Of a DNA stretch of 64,000 bases, positions 19,162 through 28,918 are shown in pieces (the first letter of the stretch is position 1; every line of letters starts with the position of its first letter). Origin of the DNA: an uncultured virus (IMG/VR IMGVR_UViG_3300008261_000008) (taxonomy: Duplodnaviria; Heunggongvirae; Uroviricota; Caudoviricetes); IMG/VR virus record IMGVR_UViG_3300008261_000008; one strand, 5' to 3'. The notes under the pieces are model-generated. The model searched no databases. It was not told the origin of the DNA and saw nothing but the letters and a program-made list of their open reading frames with translations. The position numbers and the translations under genes were made by a program.

Positions 19162-20242
19162 TGGGCATCTGGAAATCAGCATCCACTTTATCATACAGTT
19201 CCAGGAAGGACTGTTTGGTTTCATCATCAAAACGGTTGACGCACACTTGGATTGCCTTTGCTTTGTCTTGGAAGATGCCGTATGCACGGATGATGTGAAC
19301 CAGACGACGGGTGCTGATGATTTCCTCAATACCACCATCGTAGAAGGTCTTGCGGATGATGTCTGCCCAGTCCACCAGACGCTTGCAGAAGTCACGGTCT
19401 TTCACACCAAGATCCAGAGCAACGCCTTCCAGGATCTTTTGTTCAGTTGCAGGAGCAGGATAAGACTGCTCAAAGGTCACGGGGAAACGTTCAAGGAAAG
19501 CTTCATTAAGAACGTTAGTGCCAATAAATCGACCGTCATCAGAACCCTTACCTTTGGTATTGGCGGTGGCAATCACATTGAAACCAGAAGCAGGTTTCAC
19601 AAAGCGACCAATCTTTTTAAGGAACACACCCTTACCTTCCAGAATAGATTGAAGGCACAGGATCTTGTTGGAAGCAAGATCAATCTCATCCAATAGGAGA
19701 ATAGCACCACGTTCAAGTGCTTCCACCACAGGACCATTGTGCCAAACAGTAGCACCATCAACAAGACGGAACCCACCAATCAGGTCATCCTCATCCGTTT
19801 CAATCGTGATGTTGACACGAATCAGTTCACGTTTGAGTTGAGCACACGCTTGTTCAACCGAGAACGTTTTACCGTTACCCGAAAGACCCGTAATGAACGC
19901 AGGGTAAAAGATACGGGACTGAATAATCTTTTTAATATCGTTAAAGTTACCAAACTTGACGAAGGTATCATCTTTATCAGGAATAAGGTTTTGTTCAGCG
20001 GCAGGAAGAACGGCAGGTGCTTGATAAGAACGCTCAATCTCTTCAACACGTTCTTGAGTCACTTCCAGATTCCAACGACCACGAGTAGTCTTGAAAGATT
20101 CCAGACGACGAGTTACGGTCTGGTAATTCATATTACGAGAGGCACAGAAACCTCGAATATCCCCAGCACTAATTTCAGTACCATAGAGATTTTTGAGATC
20201 AGAAATGAGTTGTTCGTCAGTCACAGGAGATTTGCGAGGCAT
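19139..20242 (-). CDS. cobS: CobS-like / MoxR-type AAA+ ATPase
   Basis: GLSGNGKT, LLLDEID, ATANTKGKGS, NEAFLERF, ISTRRLV. Confidence 0.9.
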   Translation of the reverse strand: MPRKSPVTDEQLISDLKNLYGTEISAGDIRGFCASRNMNYQTVTRRLESFKTTRGRWNLEVTQERVEEIERSYQAPAVLPAAEQNLIPDKDDTFVKFGNFNDIKKIIQSRIFYPAFITGLSGNGKTFSVEQACAQLKRELIRVNITIETDEDDLIGGFRLVDGATVWHNGPVVEALERGAILLLDEIDLASNKILCLQSILEGKGVFLKKIGRFVKPASGFNVIATANTKGKGSDDGRFIGTNVLNEAFLERFPVTFEQSYPAPATEQKILEGVALDLGVKDRDFCKRLVDWADIIRKTFYDGGIEEIISTRRLVHIIRAYGIFQDKAKAIQVCVNRFDDETKQSFLELYDKVDADFQMPIDQETQS

Positions 20243-20311
20243 AATGTGGTTGGGTGGTGTGTTTCAACTGAAGCTATAATACGCGAAAACCACCCCAGAA
20301 GAAAGGGGTAT

Positions 20312-20334
20312 TGTGCCAGTTTAAAAAGTGTCCA
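20312..20334. promoter_or_regulatory. imperfect palindromic early-promoter-associated motif upstream of cobS
   Basis: TGTGCCAGTTTAAAAAGTGTCCA; near-identical to 26929-26952. TATTAT -10 lies downstream on the minus strand. Confidence 0.65.
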
Positions 20335-22347
20335 CTACAAGATATTTTTTACTTTACCAAAAATGTTTCTATTCCAAAAGTCACAAATAGAAACTTCTAT
20401 TTCAGGATCAACAACATACAAAGAAGCTAAACATCTTTGTTGACAACTCTGAACTTCTGTATGTCCATATAACAAAGTGGTAGCATCGGTAGAAAAAATA
20501 TTAGAAAGATTTACAAATTTTTTCCCAGGTCCAACAAAAATATTTGCAAACTTTTGAGATTCTTTATACAAATCAGCAACAACAAACTTTGTAGGAGTTT
20601 TTTTAAAGACTGACCAATACTTAATAAATGATTCGGTTCCACCAAAATGGTCCATAAGTTCTTTGATTGATAAATCAAAACTATGATCCATTACAAATCT
20701 TGAGTGATCTGTTTTCCCCAACCAAGTAAAATAATCCTTTTCGGAAAAAGATTTGATACATTCTACAATATCATTTGTCTTCCATGTATGTAAGTGTTTA
20801 TACCATTGTATACTTTTAATATTAAAATCATATACAATAATTTTACCATTTAAGTCCAATTTTTTATTTTTAAAAATATCAAACAACTTAAATCCACTTG
20901 CAGTATTTACAACTAAATTAAACTTACCTTCATTATTAATTGACATTGATTCACTATTAAATAACCATATTTGATCTTTTACTGATTTTGCATCATTTAT
21001 CAACTTTACTTGATTCCAATTCTGACCTTCATATGGAGTTAAAGTTTTAATACTTGATTCAAACTTTTCAGTATTAAATTCTGGATAATAATAAAACTTA
21101 TTAAAACGTAATTTTTCGCTCAAAGTTATTACTGGCCAATCATTTAAAAACATAGAACTCAAAAGTTTCCAACCCTGTCCAGCGTTAGATTGGTATTCTT
21201 GTTTGTTTGAATACTTAACCCACAATGGAGTATAGTCATCATGAAAGTTTTCAATACTTCTTTCAACTACAGGTAATAATTGTTCTTCAGAACACCAATC
21301 ACCAAATTCCGGACATCCAACTTCTTTCCATGCAGAAACGTTGACTATAAAAAATTGGTGGTGTAATTCCAACCACCTCCCAGGCCAAGATAATATATGT
21401 CCAGCTATACCAAAATTATTTTCATTTATAAAATCTCTAATTTCTTTATCATAATCAAAACTCTTCAAAGTACATCCAGAAGATTGAATCACACAATACT
21501 CATATTTTTTAATTAAAGCTTCATTCAATATCTCATGTATTTCATCTCCACAAATTATATCTACATTACTTCTAGATCTGTTGAGATAAAATAAGGTTGC
21601 ACCTTTGGATCTTAGGTACATCGAAAAATTATTAATCCTATTTCGTTGATTATAAACCCCGTAACATACCCGTTTCTTTCGAGTTTTAAGTTGATCAAAT
21701 GCTGTTTGTATTAAATTATTATTAATAGATCCATGAACAATAAAATGATATCTAGGTTCATCACTATTATTAAAAACAGCGTGAACATTTCCTATATCTA
21801 AAAAAAATCCTGTCCCTTGACTAAAAGGAACTTTTCCCCATTTTTCAAAGTAAAAATTACATCCATCAGGATTATTAATTGCTATGTTCAAAGGACCAAA
21901 AATTCTACCATCACCATCAGAATGTGGCATAATGTATCCACCAGGAGATAGTTTCATGATCCTTACTCGATCGTAACTACCATATCCCAATTTTTTTAAA
22001 AATTTAACGCAAGTAGGAAAATATACACAAGCTTCTGTCCAATCATAATCTGGTTCAGTCAGTCCATATTGATCATAATTTTCAGTAGCATCTGGACGTA
22101 TTCCATGTAAAGTTAAAGCAGACCAACCTTCATGAGAATAACTTAGATGTTTATCTTTCTGCCTATGACCCACAAAAAGATGATCATTATCAATGCATTC
22201 TTGATGCATTTCTTCAAAGTCATCAGAAAAATCTATTTGAAGAAAAGGCCAATCTGAGTCAAATACATTGAATTGTTTTGAAGAATTTGGGGGATACCAC
22301 TGATTCTCCAATGAGTTTTCTATAAATGTTTCAATTATTTTGTTCAT
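20335..22347 (-). CDS. multidomain protein: Asp/Asn beta-hydroxylase-like 2OG-Fe(II) domain plus uncharacterised C-terminal domains
   Basis: RVRIMKLSPGGYIMPHSD, LNIAINNP, HAVFNNSDEPRYHFIVHG in the first ~210 aa. Confidence 0.75.
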   Translation of the reverse strand: MNKIIETFIENSLENQWYPPNSSKQFNVFDSDWPFLQIDFSDDFEEMHQECIDNDHLFVGHRQKDKHLSYSHEGWSALTLHGIRPDATENYDQYGLTEPDYDWTEACVYFPTCVKFLKKLGYGSYDRVRIMKLSPGGYIMPHSDGDGRIFGPLNIAINNPDGCNFYFEKWGKVPFSQGTGFFLDIGNVHAVFNNSDEPRYHFIVHGSINNNLIQTAFDQLKTRKKRVCYGVYNQRNRINNFSMYLRSKGATLFYLNRSRSNVDIICGDEIHEILNEALIKKYEYCVIQSSGCTLKSFDYDKEIRDFINENNFGIAGHILSWPGRWLELHHQFFIVNVSAWKEVGCPEFGDWCSEEQLLPVVERSIENFHDDYTPLWVKYSNKQEYQSNAGQGWKLLSSMFLNDWPVITLSEKLRFNKFYYYPEFNTEKFESSIKTLTPYEGQNWNQVKLINDAKSVKDQIWLFNSESMSINNEGKFNLVVNTASGFKLFDIFKNKKLDLNGKIIVYDFNIKSIQWYKHLHTWKTNDIVECIKSFSEKDYFTWLGKTDHSRFVMDHSFDLSIKELMDHFGGTESFIKYWSVFKKTPTKFVVADLYKESQKFANIFVGPGKKFVNLSNIFSTDATTLLYGHTEVQSCQQRCLASLYVVDPEIEVSICDFWNRNIFGKVKNIL

Positions 22348-23302
22348 CTATTTCAATTTCTACTACCCTTTTAATTTGAGAAAAGACTTCATTGTTCCAC
22401 CTTTTTTGAACTTCAGTATTAAAATACCAATCGTCCTCAATTGGATGAAATCTTAACAGATCATCATCAATTACAATATGTCCAAGAAAATATCTACCTA
22501 AAGCTAGAGCATTTAAATTCTCAATAGGAATTATTTCCTGAGCTTCTTGTTCTATAGTTTCATACCACTTATAGAATTGTAACTCAGTTGTTTTTTGGCA
22601 ATACGTTTTATTCTGAAAACAAAGCCATACCTCAGAACTATACCTTTGTTGAACTTTTACTTGTTTATTTGTAACAACTCTAACATCATCATCATGACAA
22701 GCGTGCATGTAGTCTTTACCTAAGGTGTTATATCCGAGATAAAGATGCCCCCACGAGAAATCAGTAGTTAAAAATAATTTATCTTTTTCTTCCAATCTCC
22801 TACCATCATATGGCGGATAAACAGACACTAAGGCACTGTATTCTGGAAAATCTTTCACAGTTGTACCCATTGCAACTTCTGTTACATGAATCCATTCATT
22901 TAAATCCAACCAAAGTCTATGAACATCTTCACCAAGATATAATTTTTTATCCGCACCATATTCTTCAAATTTTTCATGTAAACTATTCAGTTTTTCCCTA
23001 TTTGCATCACTCGTTCCACTCAAAAAACTCAACATATTAGAATTATATGCAGTATTGATATCCTTCACTATTGAGTTTATTTTTTCAGTTAATTCATTTA
23101 AATGTAAATAATTTTTATTTGATATTTTGAGATTGAGTGATGCATTACTTCGGTTGAGATATGTTTTAACTTCATTCAACCACTTTTCCCTCAAACTATT
23201 TGGTTGCAAATAGTAAGTTAGTTGAAGTGGTTGTCCATTTTGTAACTCAAAAATAAATTTTACATGTTTATCTTTTTCAAAAAACTCCACAATAAACCTC
23301 AA
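22331..23302 (-). CDS. hypothetical protein
   Basis: 323 aa, AT-rich; LNSLHEKFE, LNEWIH, LYLGYNTLGK motifs; TAAATA upstream at 23317-23322. Confidence 0.7.
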   Translation of the reverse strand: MRFIVEFFEKDKHVKFIFELQNGQPLQLTYYLQPNSLREKWLNEVKTYLNRSNASLNLKISNKNYLHLNELTEKINSIVKDINTAYNSNMLSFLSGTSDANREKLNSLHEKFEEYGADKKLYLGEDVHRLWLDLNEWIHVTEVAMGTTVKDFPEYSALVSVYPPYDGRRLEEKDKLFLTTDFSWGHLYLGYNTLGKDYMHACHDDDVRVVTNKQVKVQQRYSSEVWLCFQNKTYCQKTTELQFYKWYETIEQEAQEIIPIENLNALALGRYFLGHIVIDDDLLRFHPIEDDWYFNTEVQKRWNNEVFSQIKRVVEIEIDEQNN

Positions 23303-23323
23303 ATACTATAATAATTTATTTAA

Positions 23324-24610
23324 TCAATCTCTAGATGAATCATATTTTTCTCTCGCTTTTGATTCTTTCTTTTCCTTTTCGGTAAATCCATGTTTCATAA
23401 CTCTTTCGTTATGACGAGTAGCCTTTCTTCTCTGTTCTTCCTCTGGGGATTCTTTTTCACCCTTTACTTTTGGTTCTTGTCTTGAACCAGGAAAGTTCTT
23501 AGAGTGTTCTTTCTCAGCCTTATGTTGAAGGTTAGTAATACCTGCTTTTAGTCTAGTCTCTTTACCTTTTTTCGCGGCCATAAAGGAAGATTTTGCTTTT
23601 TCTGCACGTTCCGCACGAGCCGAATCTCCACGATCAGAACCTTCTGTATCCATCCTACGTGCTTCAATAATTTCTGCAAACCAAGATTCACTCATATTAA
23701 GAATGATTTTATCTGCAGACTCTTCATTTGAAGCATATCCTTCCTCAAGTAAATGCGAAAGAACTACTTGATAAGTGTTGTAACTTTCATCAATTTCACC
23801 CATTGCTTTTTGCTTACGGAGTTTCTTAGGATTCTTGGTTACTGTACCAGGACCTGGCTTGTGTCCACCAGCAGTGTACTCAACAGCACTATCTCTCGCA
23901 TAATCTCTGCTATCTTGGTCAAGTTTACCCCTACCAGATTTACCCAACATACCAGACCATCTTGGTTTAGTAGATTTCTTACCACGATTTCCTGCATCAG
24001 GACCATTATCAATTCTCTGAGTATGCTTCTCAATTGCCTTTACTTTCTTAGTCTTCTCACCTTTCTGAGAATACTCACTTGCGGGTTTCTCACGTCTTGC
24101 GATAGCAAGTTTACCCATTGCTTGTCTTGCTTTAGGTGTCTTACCGTAAGAACCTTCTGCTTCATAGATATCAAGCATGTCATCCCAAGTGTACTCGGAT
24201 AGATCATAACCTTCTTCTACAAGAGACTCCACCCAAAGTTCAAAATCTTCTTTAGCAAACTCACCCATTGCTTTTTGCTTACGGAGTTTCTTAGGATTCT
24301 TAGTAATTCCACCAGGACCCTCTGAAGGATAATCATGACCGCGAGGAGAACCATGTGCTGCACCTGCTCTTGCTTCCTCTCTATCAGAAGCAGTCATTCC
24401 TTTTCTTGGAGAAGTCTCAGGCCTTCTTTCTGCAGGATTAGTTCTTCTGAGCATTTTCTTGAGGAAAGGCTTTCTCTTTGCAGTCATCTTGGTTTTTGAT
24501 GCTGCAGCATATGCCTTTGGAGTTTCACCATAAGAACCTTCTGCTTCATCAAGTTGTTGATTAACTTGGTTATAAGCTTCTGTCAGATTTTGCAGGTCGT
24601 TAAAGTCCAT
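23324..24610 (-). CDS. charged modular late protein with internal duplication (probable internal head polyprotein)
   Basis: Probable start MDFNDLQ after late promoter 24633-24638. EAEGSYG...KNPKKLRKQKAMGE unit present twice. Confidence 0.7.
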   Translation of the reverse strand: MDFNDLQNLTEAYNQVNQQLDEAEGSYGETPKAYAAASKTKMTAKRKPFLKKMLRRTNPAERRPETSPRKGMTASDREEARAGAAHGSPRGHDYPSEGPGGITKNPKKLRKQKAMGEFAKEDFELWVESLVEEGYDLSEYTWDDMLDIYEAEGSYGKTPKARQAMGKLAIARREKPASEYSQKGEKTKKVKAIEKHTQRIDNGPDAGNRGKKSTKPRWSGMLGKSGRGKLDQDSRDYARDSAVEYTAGGHKPGPGTVTKNPKKLRKQKAMGEIDESYNTYQVVLSHLLEEGYASNEESADKIILNMSESWFAEIIEARRMDTEGSDRGDSARAERAEKAKSSFMAAKKGKETRLKAGITNLQHKAEKEHSKNFPGSRQEPKVKGEKESPEEEQRRKATRHNERVMKHGFTEKEKKESKAREKYDSSRD

Positions 24611-24632
24611 TTTTTTACAAATACTTTGTAAG

Positions 24633-24662
24633 TATTTAGTAAAAAAGAGGGGTTTCCCCCTC
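24633..24662 (-). terminator. intrinsic terminator after the vWA gene, directly followed by late promoter CTAAATA
   Basis: GAGGGG-GAAA-CCCCTC-TTTTTT then ACTAAATA. Confidence 0.8.
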
Positions 24663-26871
24663 AAGCAACAAGATCAATAAACTCACCAAGAATTTTTTTA
24701 TTCATCTTCTTACTCTTTAGAGACTTTGCGAATGCAGATTTAATTTGGGATTTTGTTGCACATTCATGAACATCAAACTCAGAATCTTGAGAAAGTGCCG
24801 AACCAGAAAGGCCAAAGTAAGAATGATAACCAGAATTTTTAATTGAAAAAGATTTATTCTTTTTCCAATCATTCATGATTTTTACATATTCTTTATTGTC
24901 TTGAGCATAACCAGAACTATATTCATAATTATCGTAATACTTACGAATGAAAGAATTAGCTTCACGATTTTCAAGAACCCGCATACCAATAAAATTCACA
25001 GAAGGAAAACGATCACGAAGGTTCTGAAGAAGAGTGTCCGTAAATTGATGAAATTCAAATGGTACTTTATAAGTACAGCCAGTTTTACGATCACGAATGA
25101 AAGTAGGGTGACTATTAAGAGAGTTCAATCCAATATAAGGTTCTCCACCATCAACAGAACGATTTTTAAACTCTTTGTGAAACTTCATATAACAAGCTTC
25201 ACCATCGGTTAAAACTACACATTGAACTTTCTGGAGTTTATTTTCCTTTTGAAACTTAGGCAAAATTTGATGCATTGCAATCAAAGCTTCATTCAAAGGA
25301 GTTCCAGAAAGAAGTAGTCTAGTCGGAGTATTATACATTGGAGCATCATTATAAGAATACTTAAATTCTTTAGCAATGCGATAAATGTTAATCATTTGTT
25401 CTTCCAGAACACGATTATTTACTTTACTAGTAAAAAGATTCATCATGGAAAATGTTTCATCTACACAGATGAGTCCAGATTTCTTTTGATAGTGTGGTTC
25501 CATCCTCATAAAGTTTCCCTTTTCGTCATATGTACTACGACGCCACTCATTAGTAAATGCATAAACTTCGAAGGGAATAGAAACCTTCTTACAGAACCAA
25601 ATCAAATTATAAAGTTGTTTGATTGTATCCTGCATCACATTTGACATTGAGCCAGACCAGTCCAGGACAAACACTAGGCCATGATTTTTTCCGTTTGCAA
25701 GAGTGGTTACCTTACGGAACAAATCTTCATTATACTTATAAGTATGAAGTTTAGAACAATCTAGAACACCAGTACGAGCAGTAGTGGAACGAGCGTATGA
25801 ATCTGCAGCTTTCCGACATTCAAACTCTTTCACCAAGTAGTTAACTTCTTTCTGAGCAGAACGTTTGAACTCTCGAAAATCTTTATCAATTTTTCCAAAC
25901 AAAAATTCCTTAGCATTAGATTGACTCTTACTAAGAGATTCTACTGATTTGTTCCACCAATCATTAATTTCATCATGAACTTCAGAATTAGATGCAATGA
26001 CAGTTTCTAGATTAAGTTTGGGAAGTTCCACATAAACATTTTCATACGAAGAGCTGTTGACAAGATCTCGAATAGATTCTTCCAAATTATCTGCAGTATG
26101 GACTTTAGGATCAGAAGTCTCTCCACCCTGATTTGAAGTTCCCTTAGAAGGTTGATCAATATCATCCCCCGATTCACCATCAGAAGGAGTCTGGCCACCT
26201 TCACCAGAGGTTTCAAGTGTATTCTGATCCGAATATTCTTCTTGGGGTTCTGAGGAAGGTTCTGAACTGTTTCCAGAATTTTGTTCCACTGTATCAATAG
26301 AATCAATCTTCATTTGTTGATCCTGTTCTTTCTTGCAGTACTCATAAAGTTTTACCGCAGCTTGAATCGCTTCATCAAAAGTTTCTGCATCACCAATCAT
26401 AGTGATGATTTCTTGTTCTTCCTGATTAAACTGTATATCAATGTAGTTACCAATCTTAAAGTAAAGATTGGCACGATCTGCAAGATTAAACTTAGAAATA
26501 TCTTCTTCCTTTACTTGGAAAAAATCATCCTCGTGAAGTTCACGATAACCCGCATAAAAACACTTATTGAGACCCGCATACCTACGTTTCATCAACTTTT
26601 CAATACGAGCATCTTCCGTAACATTCACAAATTGTTGTGGGATGGAAAACTTTTCACTCCAGTCCTCGTTAGGAGTATAAAGTGCATGACCCACTTCATG
26701 ACCAACAAGCATATCGTAGACAACGTTAGAAGCCTTCTCCCACATCGGGAGAATCAGGACACGAGTATCCACATTGAAAGACGCAGTGGGAACGTGTTTG
26801 TGTTCCACCACCAGATCTTCAGTAGCGAGGAGACGGGCAAGATGACCTTTGACTTCGTGATTAACAGACAT
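24661..26871 (-). CDS. CobT-like vWA-domain protein with N-terminal HExxH metallopeptidase-like motif
   Basis: LVGHEVGHALYT, NVTEDARIE, MIDAS motif LDWSGSM, GTPLNEA, VLTDGE; probable start MSVNHEV. Confidence 0.85.
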   Translation of the reverse strand: MSVNHEVKGHLARLLATEDLVVEHKHVPTASFNVDTRVLILPMWEKASNVVYDMLVGHEVGHALYTPNEDWSEKFSIPQQFVNVTEDARIEKLMKRRYAGLNKCFYAGYRELHEDDFFQVKEEDISKFNLADRANLYFKIGNYIDIQFNQEEQEIITMIGDAETFDEAIQAAVKLYEYCKKEQDQQMKIDSIDTVEQNSGNSSEPSSEPQEEYSDQNTLETSGEGGQTPSDGESGDDIDQPSKGTSNQGGETSDPKVHTADNLEESIRDLVNSSSYENVYVELPKLNLETVIASNSEVHDEINDWWNKSVESLSKSQSNAKEFLFGKIDKDFREFKRSAQKEVNYLVKEFECRKAADSYARSTTARTGVLDCSKLHTYKYNEDLFRKVTTLANGKNHGLVFVLDWSGSMSNVMQDTIKQLYNLIWFCKKVSIPFEVYAFTNEWRRSTYDEKGNFMRMEPHYQKKSGLICVDETFSMMNLFTSKVNNRVLEEQMINIYRIAKEFKYSYNDAPMYNTPTRLLLSGTPLNEALIAMHQILPKFQKENKLQKVQCVVLTDGEACYMKFHKEFKNRSVDGGEPYIGLNSLNSHPTFIRDRKTGCTYKVPFEFHQFTDTLLQNLRDRFPSVNFIGMRVLENREANSFIRKYYDNYEYSSGYAQDNKEYVKIMNDWKKNKSFSIKNSGYHSYFGLSGSALSQDSEFDVHECATKSQIKSAFAKSLKSKKMNKKILGEFIDLVA

Positions 26872-26903
26872 GAACTTTGTTTCGTATGTGGCTATATTAC
26901 ATG

Positions 26904-26952
26904 AAAAAAGGGGTCTGATTAGACCCCTTGTGACACTTTTTAAACTGTCACA
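26904..26952 (-). promoter_or_regulatory. palindromic early motif plus intrinsic terminator at the gp46/vWA junction
   Basis: TGTGACAGTTTAAAAAGTGTCACA (26952-26929), then AGGGGTCT-AATC-AGACCCCT-TTTTT. Confidence 0.75.
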
Positions 26953-28663
26953 CCATTTTACTAAATCCTTTAATTTTATCAAATTTTATCACTTTTTCAA
27001 ACTTATCCATAAGATCATCCGTCTTATGTGAAATCACAAATACATGAGCATCTTGAATAACATAACGAATAATATTTGTGAAGAAATCTGTTCCTGCTCC
27101 GTCTAAAGAACTATCAAAAATTTCATCTAGGATGAGAAGATTTGTACTGGCCGAATTTCTAAGTTTGGCAATGTCTCTCCAAGTAAATAAGAGAGAAAGG
27201 TCAATACGCATCTTCTCACCTTCACTAAATGACTCATAACTAAAATCTTCATGAACTGGTGACTTAATAACCTCCTTAAACTCTTCATCCAGTGTAAAGT
27301 TGATGTAGAAGTCCATCATCTGTAGATACTTGTTTATCTGCTGATTCATAAGAGGCAGATACTTTTTGATGATTTTAGACTTCACTCCACCATCTTTCAT
27401 CAATGAATGAGCAAAATCGTAGTAACTAATCTGTTCCTTTTCGTTAGATCTATCTTTTTCTATTTTGTCTAGATCTTTTATTAAGTTTTCAAGGGTTTTA
27501 CGCTCAGTATTTCTGTTTTGAATTTGTTCGGTAATTTCTTGAATTTCATGTCCAAGATTTCTGATCTGTTTGTTAAGCCCAGTAATCTTAACATTGTTTG
27601 TGGTAATGTCATTGTTGAGTTTACTAATCTCCGTAGAATAAGATAAAAATTGTTGGTCTTTCTCTTGTTCTACATTGATGGCATCCTCCAACTCTCGGTA
27701 TCCATCATTGAGTTCTTTGGATTTCTCCTCGATATCGACAATCTTATTTAAGCGAAATTCATTCTCTATACTTTGGGTACAAGTAGGACAAACCGTATTT
27801 TCCTGAAAAAACTTATGTTCAGAGACAAGAGTTTGAATCTTTTGTTCTAGTTTTGCCTTGATAGAATTAAGTTTCTTTAGAGTTGAATTTGTACTAGTAA
27901 GTTCTTCCAACTTTGGTTGAAGTTCTTTTTCAATCATCATTGAAATTCCTTCATTATCAGTATTCAATTCATCAATTTCATTCTCAATAAATTTAATACT
28001 ATCTTTTTTCTTTTGGATTCTTTCTTTACCACTTTCATCAAGATTCTTAATAAAGTTCTCTTGCATTTCAATCTTATCTTCAATCATGTCTTTCTTGATT
28101 GAATATTCACGAATGAGTTCATTTGTTTTACGCATTCGTTCTTTTAAGATATTGTTCATTGTAGAAAAAATCTTAATGTCTAAAAGATCTTCTACAATTT
28201 CCCTACGATGGGAAGAAGTTAATTGCATAAAAGGGACGAATGTAGCCGAACCTAAGATGACTGTTTGGGTGAAAGATTTATAATTAAGTTTTAAAATATT
28301 TTCTTCTAACTTTTTCTGCTGATCTTGAGCTGCAGAGTCTTGATTTTGTATTGTCCCGTCAATCCAAATTTCAAAAATATTTGGTTTGATACCTCTCACA
28401 ACTTTATAATTTTTATTACCAATATCAAATTCAATTTCTACAAGACAGTCCTTCTCATTCACAGAATTAATAAGTTGTGGTTTATTAATTTTTCTGAATG
28501 GTTTATTATACAAAACAAAAGTAAGAGCATCAAGAATTGTACTCTTACCGGAACCATTAGTTCCTACAATTAAGTTTGTCTTAGCGTCTTGAAAATTTAC
28601 TTCGGTAAATTGATTTCCAGTAGAAAGAAAGTTACGCCAACGAATCGTTTTGAAAAGTATCAT
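26948..28663 (-). CDS. gp46: recombination endonuclease subunit (Rad50/SbcC-like ATPase)
   Basis: GTNGSGKST, CPTC zinc hook, FSEGEK, LILDEIFD, VISHK. Confidence 0.96.
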   Translation of the reverse strand: MILFKTIRWRNFLSTGNQFTEVNFQDAKTNLIVGTNGSGKSTILDALTFVLYNKPFRKINKPQLINSVNEKDCLVEIEFDIGNKNYKVVRGIKPNIFEIWIDGTIQNQDSAAQDQQKKLEENILKLNYKSFTQTVILGSATFVPFMQLTSSHRREIVEDLLDIKIFSTMNNILKERMRKTNELIREYSIKKDMIEDKIEMQENFIKNLDESGKERIQKKKDSIKFIENEIDELNTDNEGISMMIEKELQPKLEELTSTNSTLKKLNSIKAKLEQKIQTLVSEHKFFQENTVCPTCTQSIENEFRLNKIVDIEEKSKELNDGYRELEDAINVEQEKDQQFLSYSTEISKLNNDITTNNVKITGLNKQIRNLGHEIQEITEQIQNRNTERKTLENLIKDLDKIEKDRSNEKEQISYYDFAHSLMKDGGVKSKIIKKYLPLMNQQINKYLQMMDFYINFTLDEEFKEVIKSPVHEDFSYESFSEGEKMRIDLSLLFTWRDIAKLRNSASTNLLILDEIFDSSLDGAGTDFFTNIIRYVIQDAHVFVISHKTDDLMDKFEKVIKFDKIKGFSKMV

Positions 28664-28916
28664 ATTTTCGGGGAGGAATCACAAAATCATCAGGAGTTAT
28701 AATTGCATACTTATAATTATACTGGTGGCAAGTCTTTATTGCAAGTTCTGGATCAACTTCAACAACTTCCATCTCAGGATAATCTTCAGCTTCTAAAAGA
28801 CCGGCAAATCTTTCAGCGTCATCTTCATCTTGGAAAAAATATAATGTCTTATCGCCATGAGTATCCGAAACAGCATATGCACCGTCTTCTTCTCCATATG
28901 GCGTGATCATGTACAT
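28632..28916 (-). CDS. hypothetical protein between gp47 and gp46
   Basis: GAYAV...LYFFQDEDDAERFAGLL...ITPDDFVIPP. Confidence 0.75.
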   Translation of the reverse strand: MYMITPYGEEDGAYAVSDTHGDKTLYFFQDEDDAERFAGLLEAEDYPEMEVVEVDPELAIKTCHQYNYKYAIITPDDFVIPPRKYDTFQNDSLA

Positions 28917-28918
28917 AC

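Noticed and set aside
19139..20242. cobS as a cobalamin-synthesis auxiliary metabolic gene
   Set aside because: Only the generic AAA+ ATPase and a vWA partner are present, with no CobN or other cob genes. A MoxR-like chaperone role is more parsimonious.
19145..20443. Long plus-strand ORFs (183 aa, 234 aa) and other plus-strand track ORFs throughout the window
   Set aside because: They lie antisense to well-conserved minus-strand genes, have no recognisable motifs, and read as shadow ORFs.
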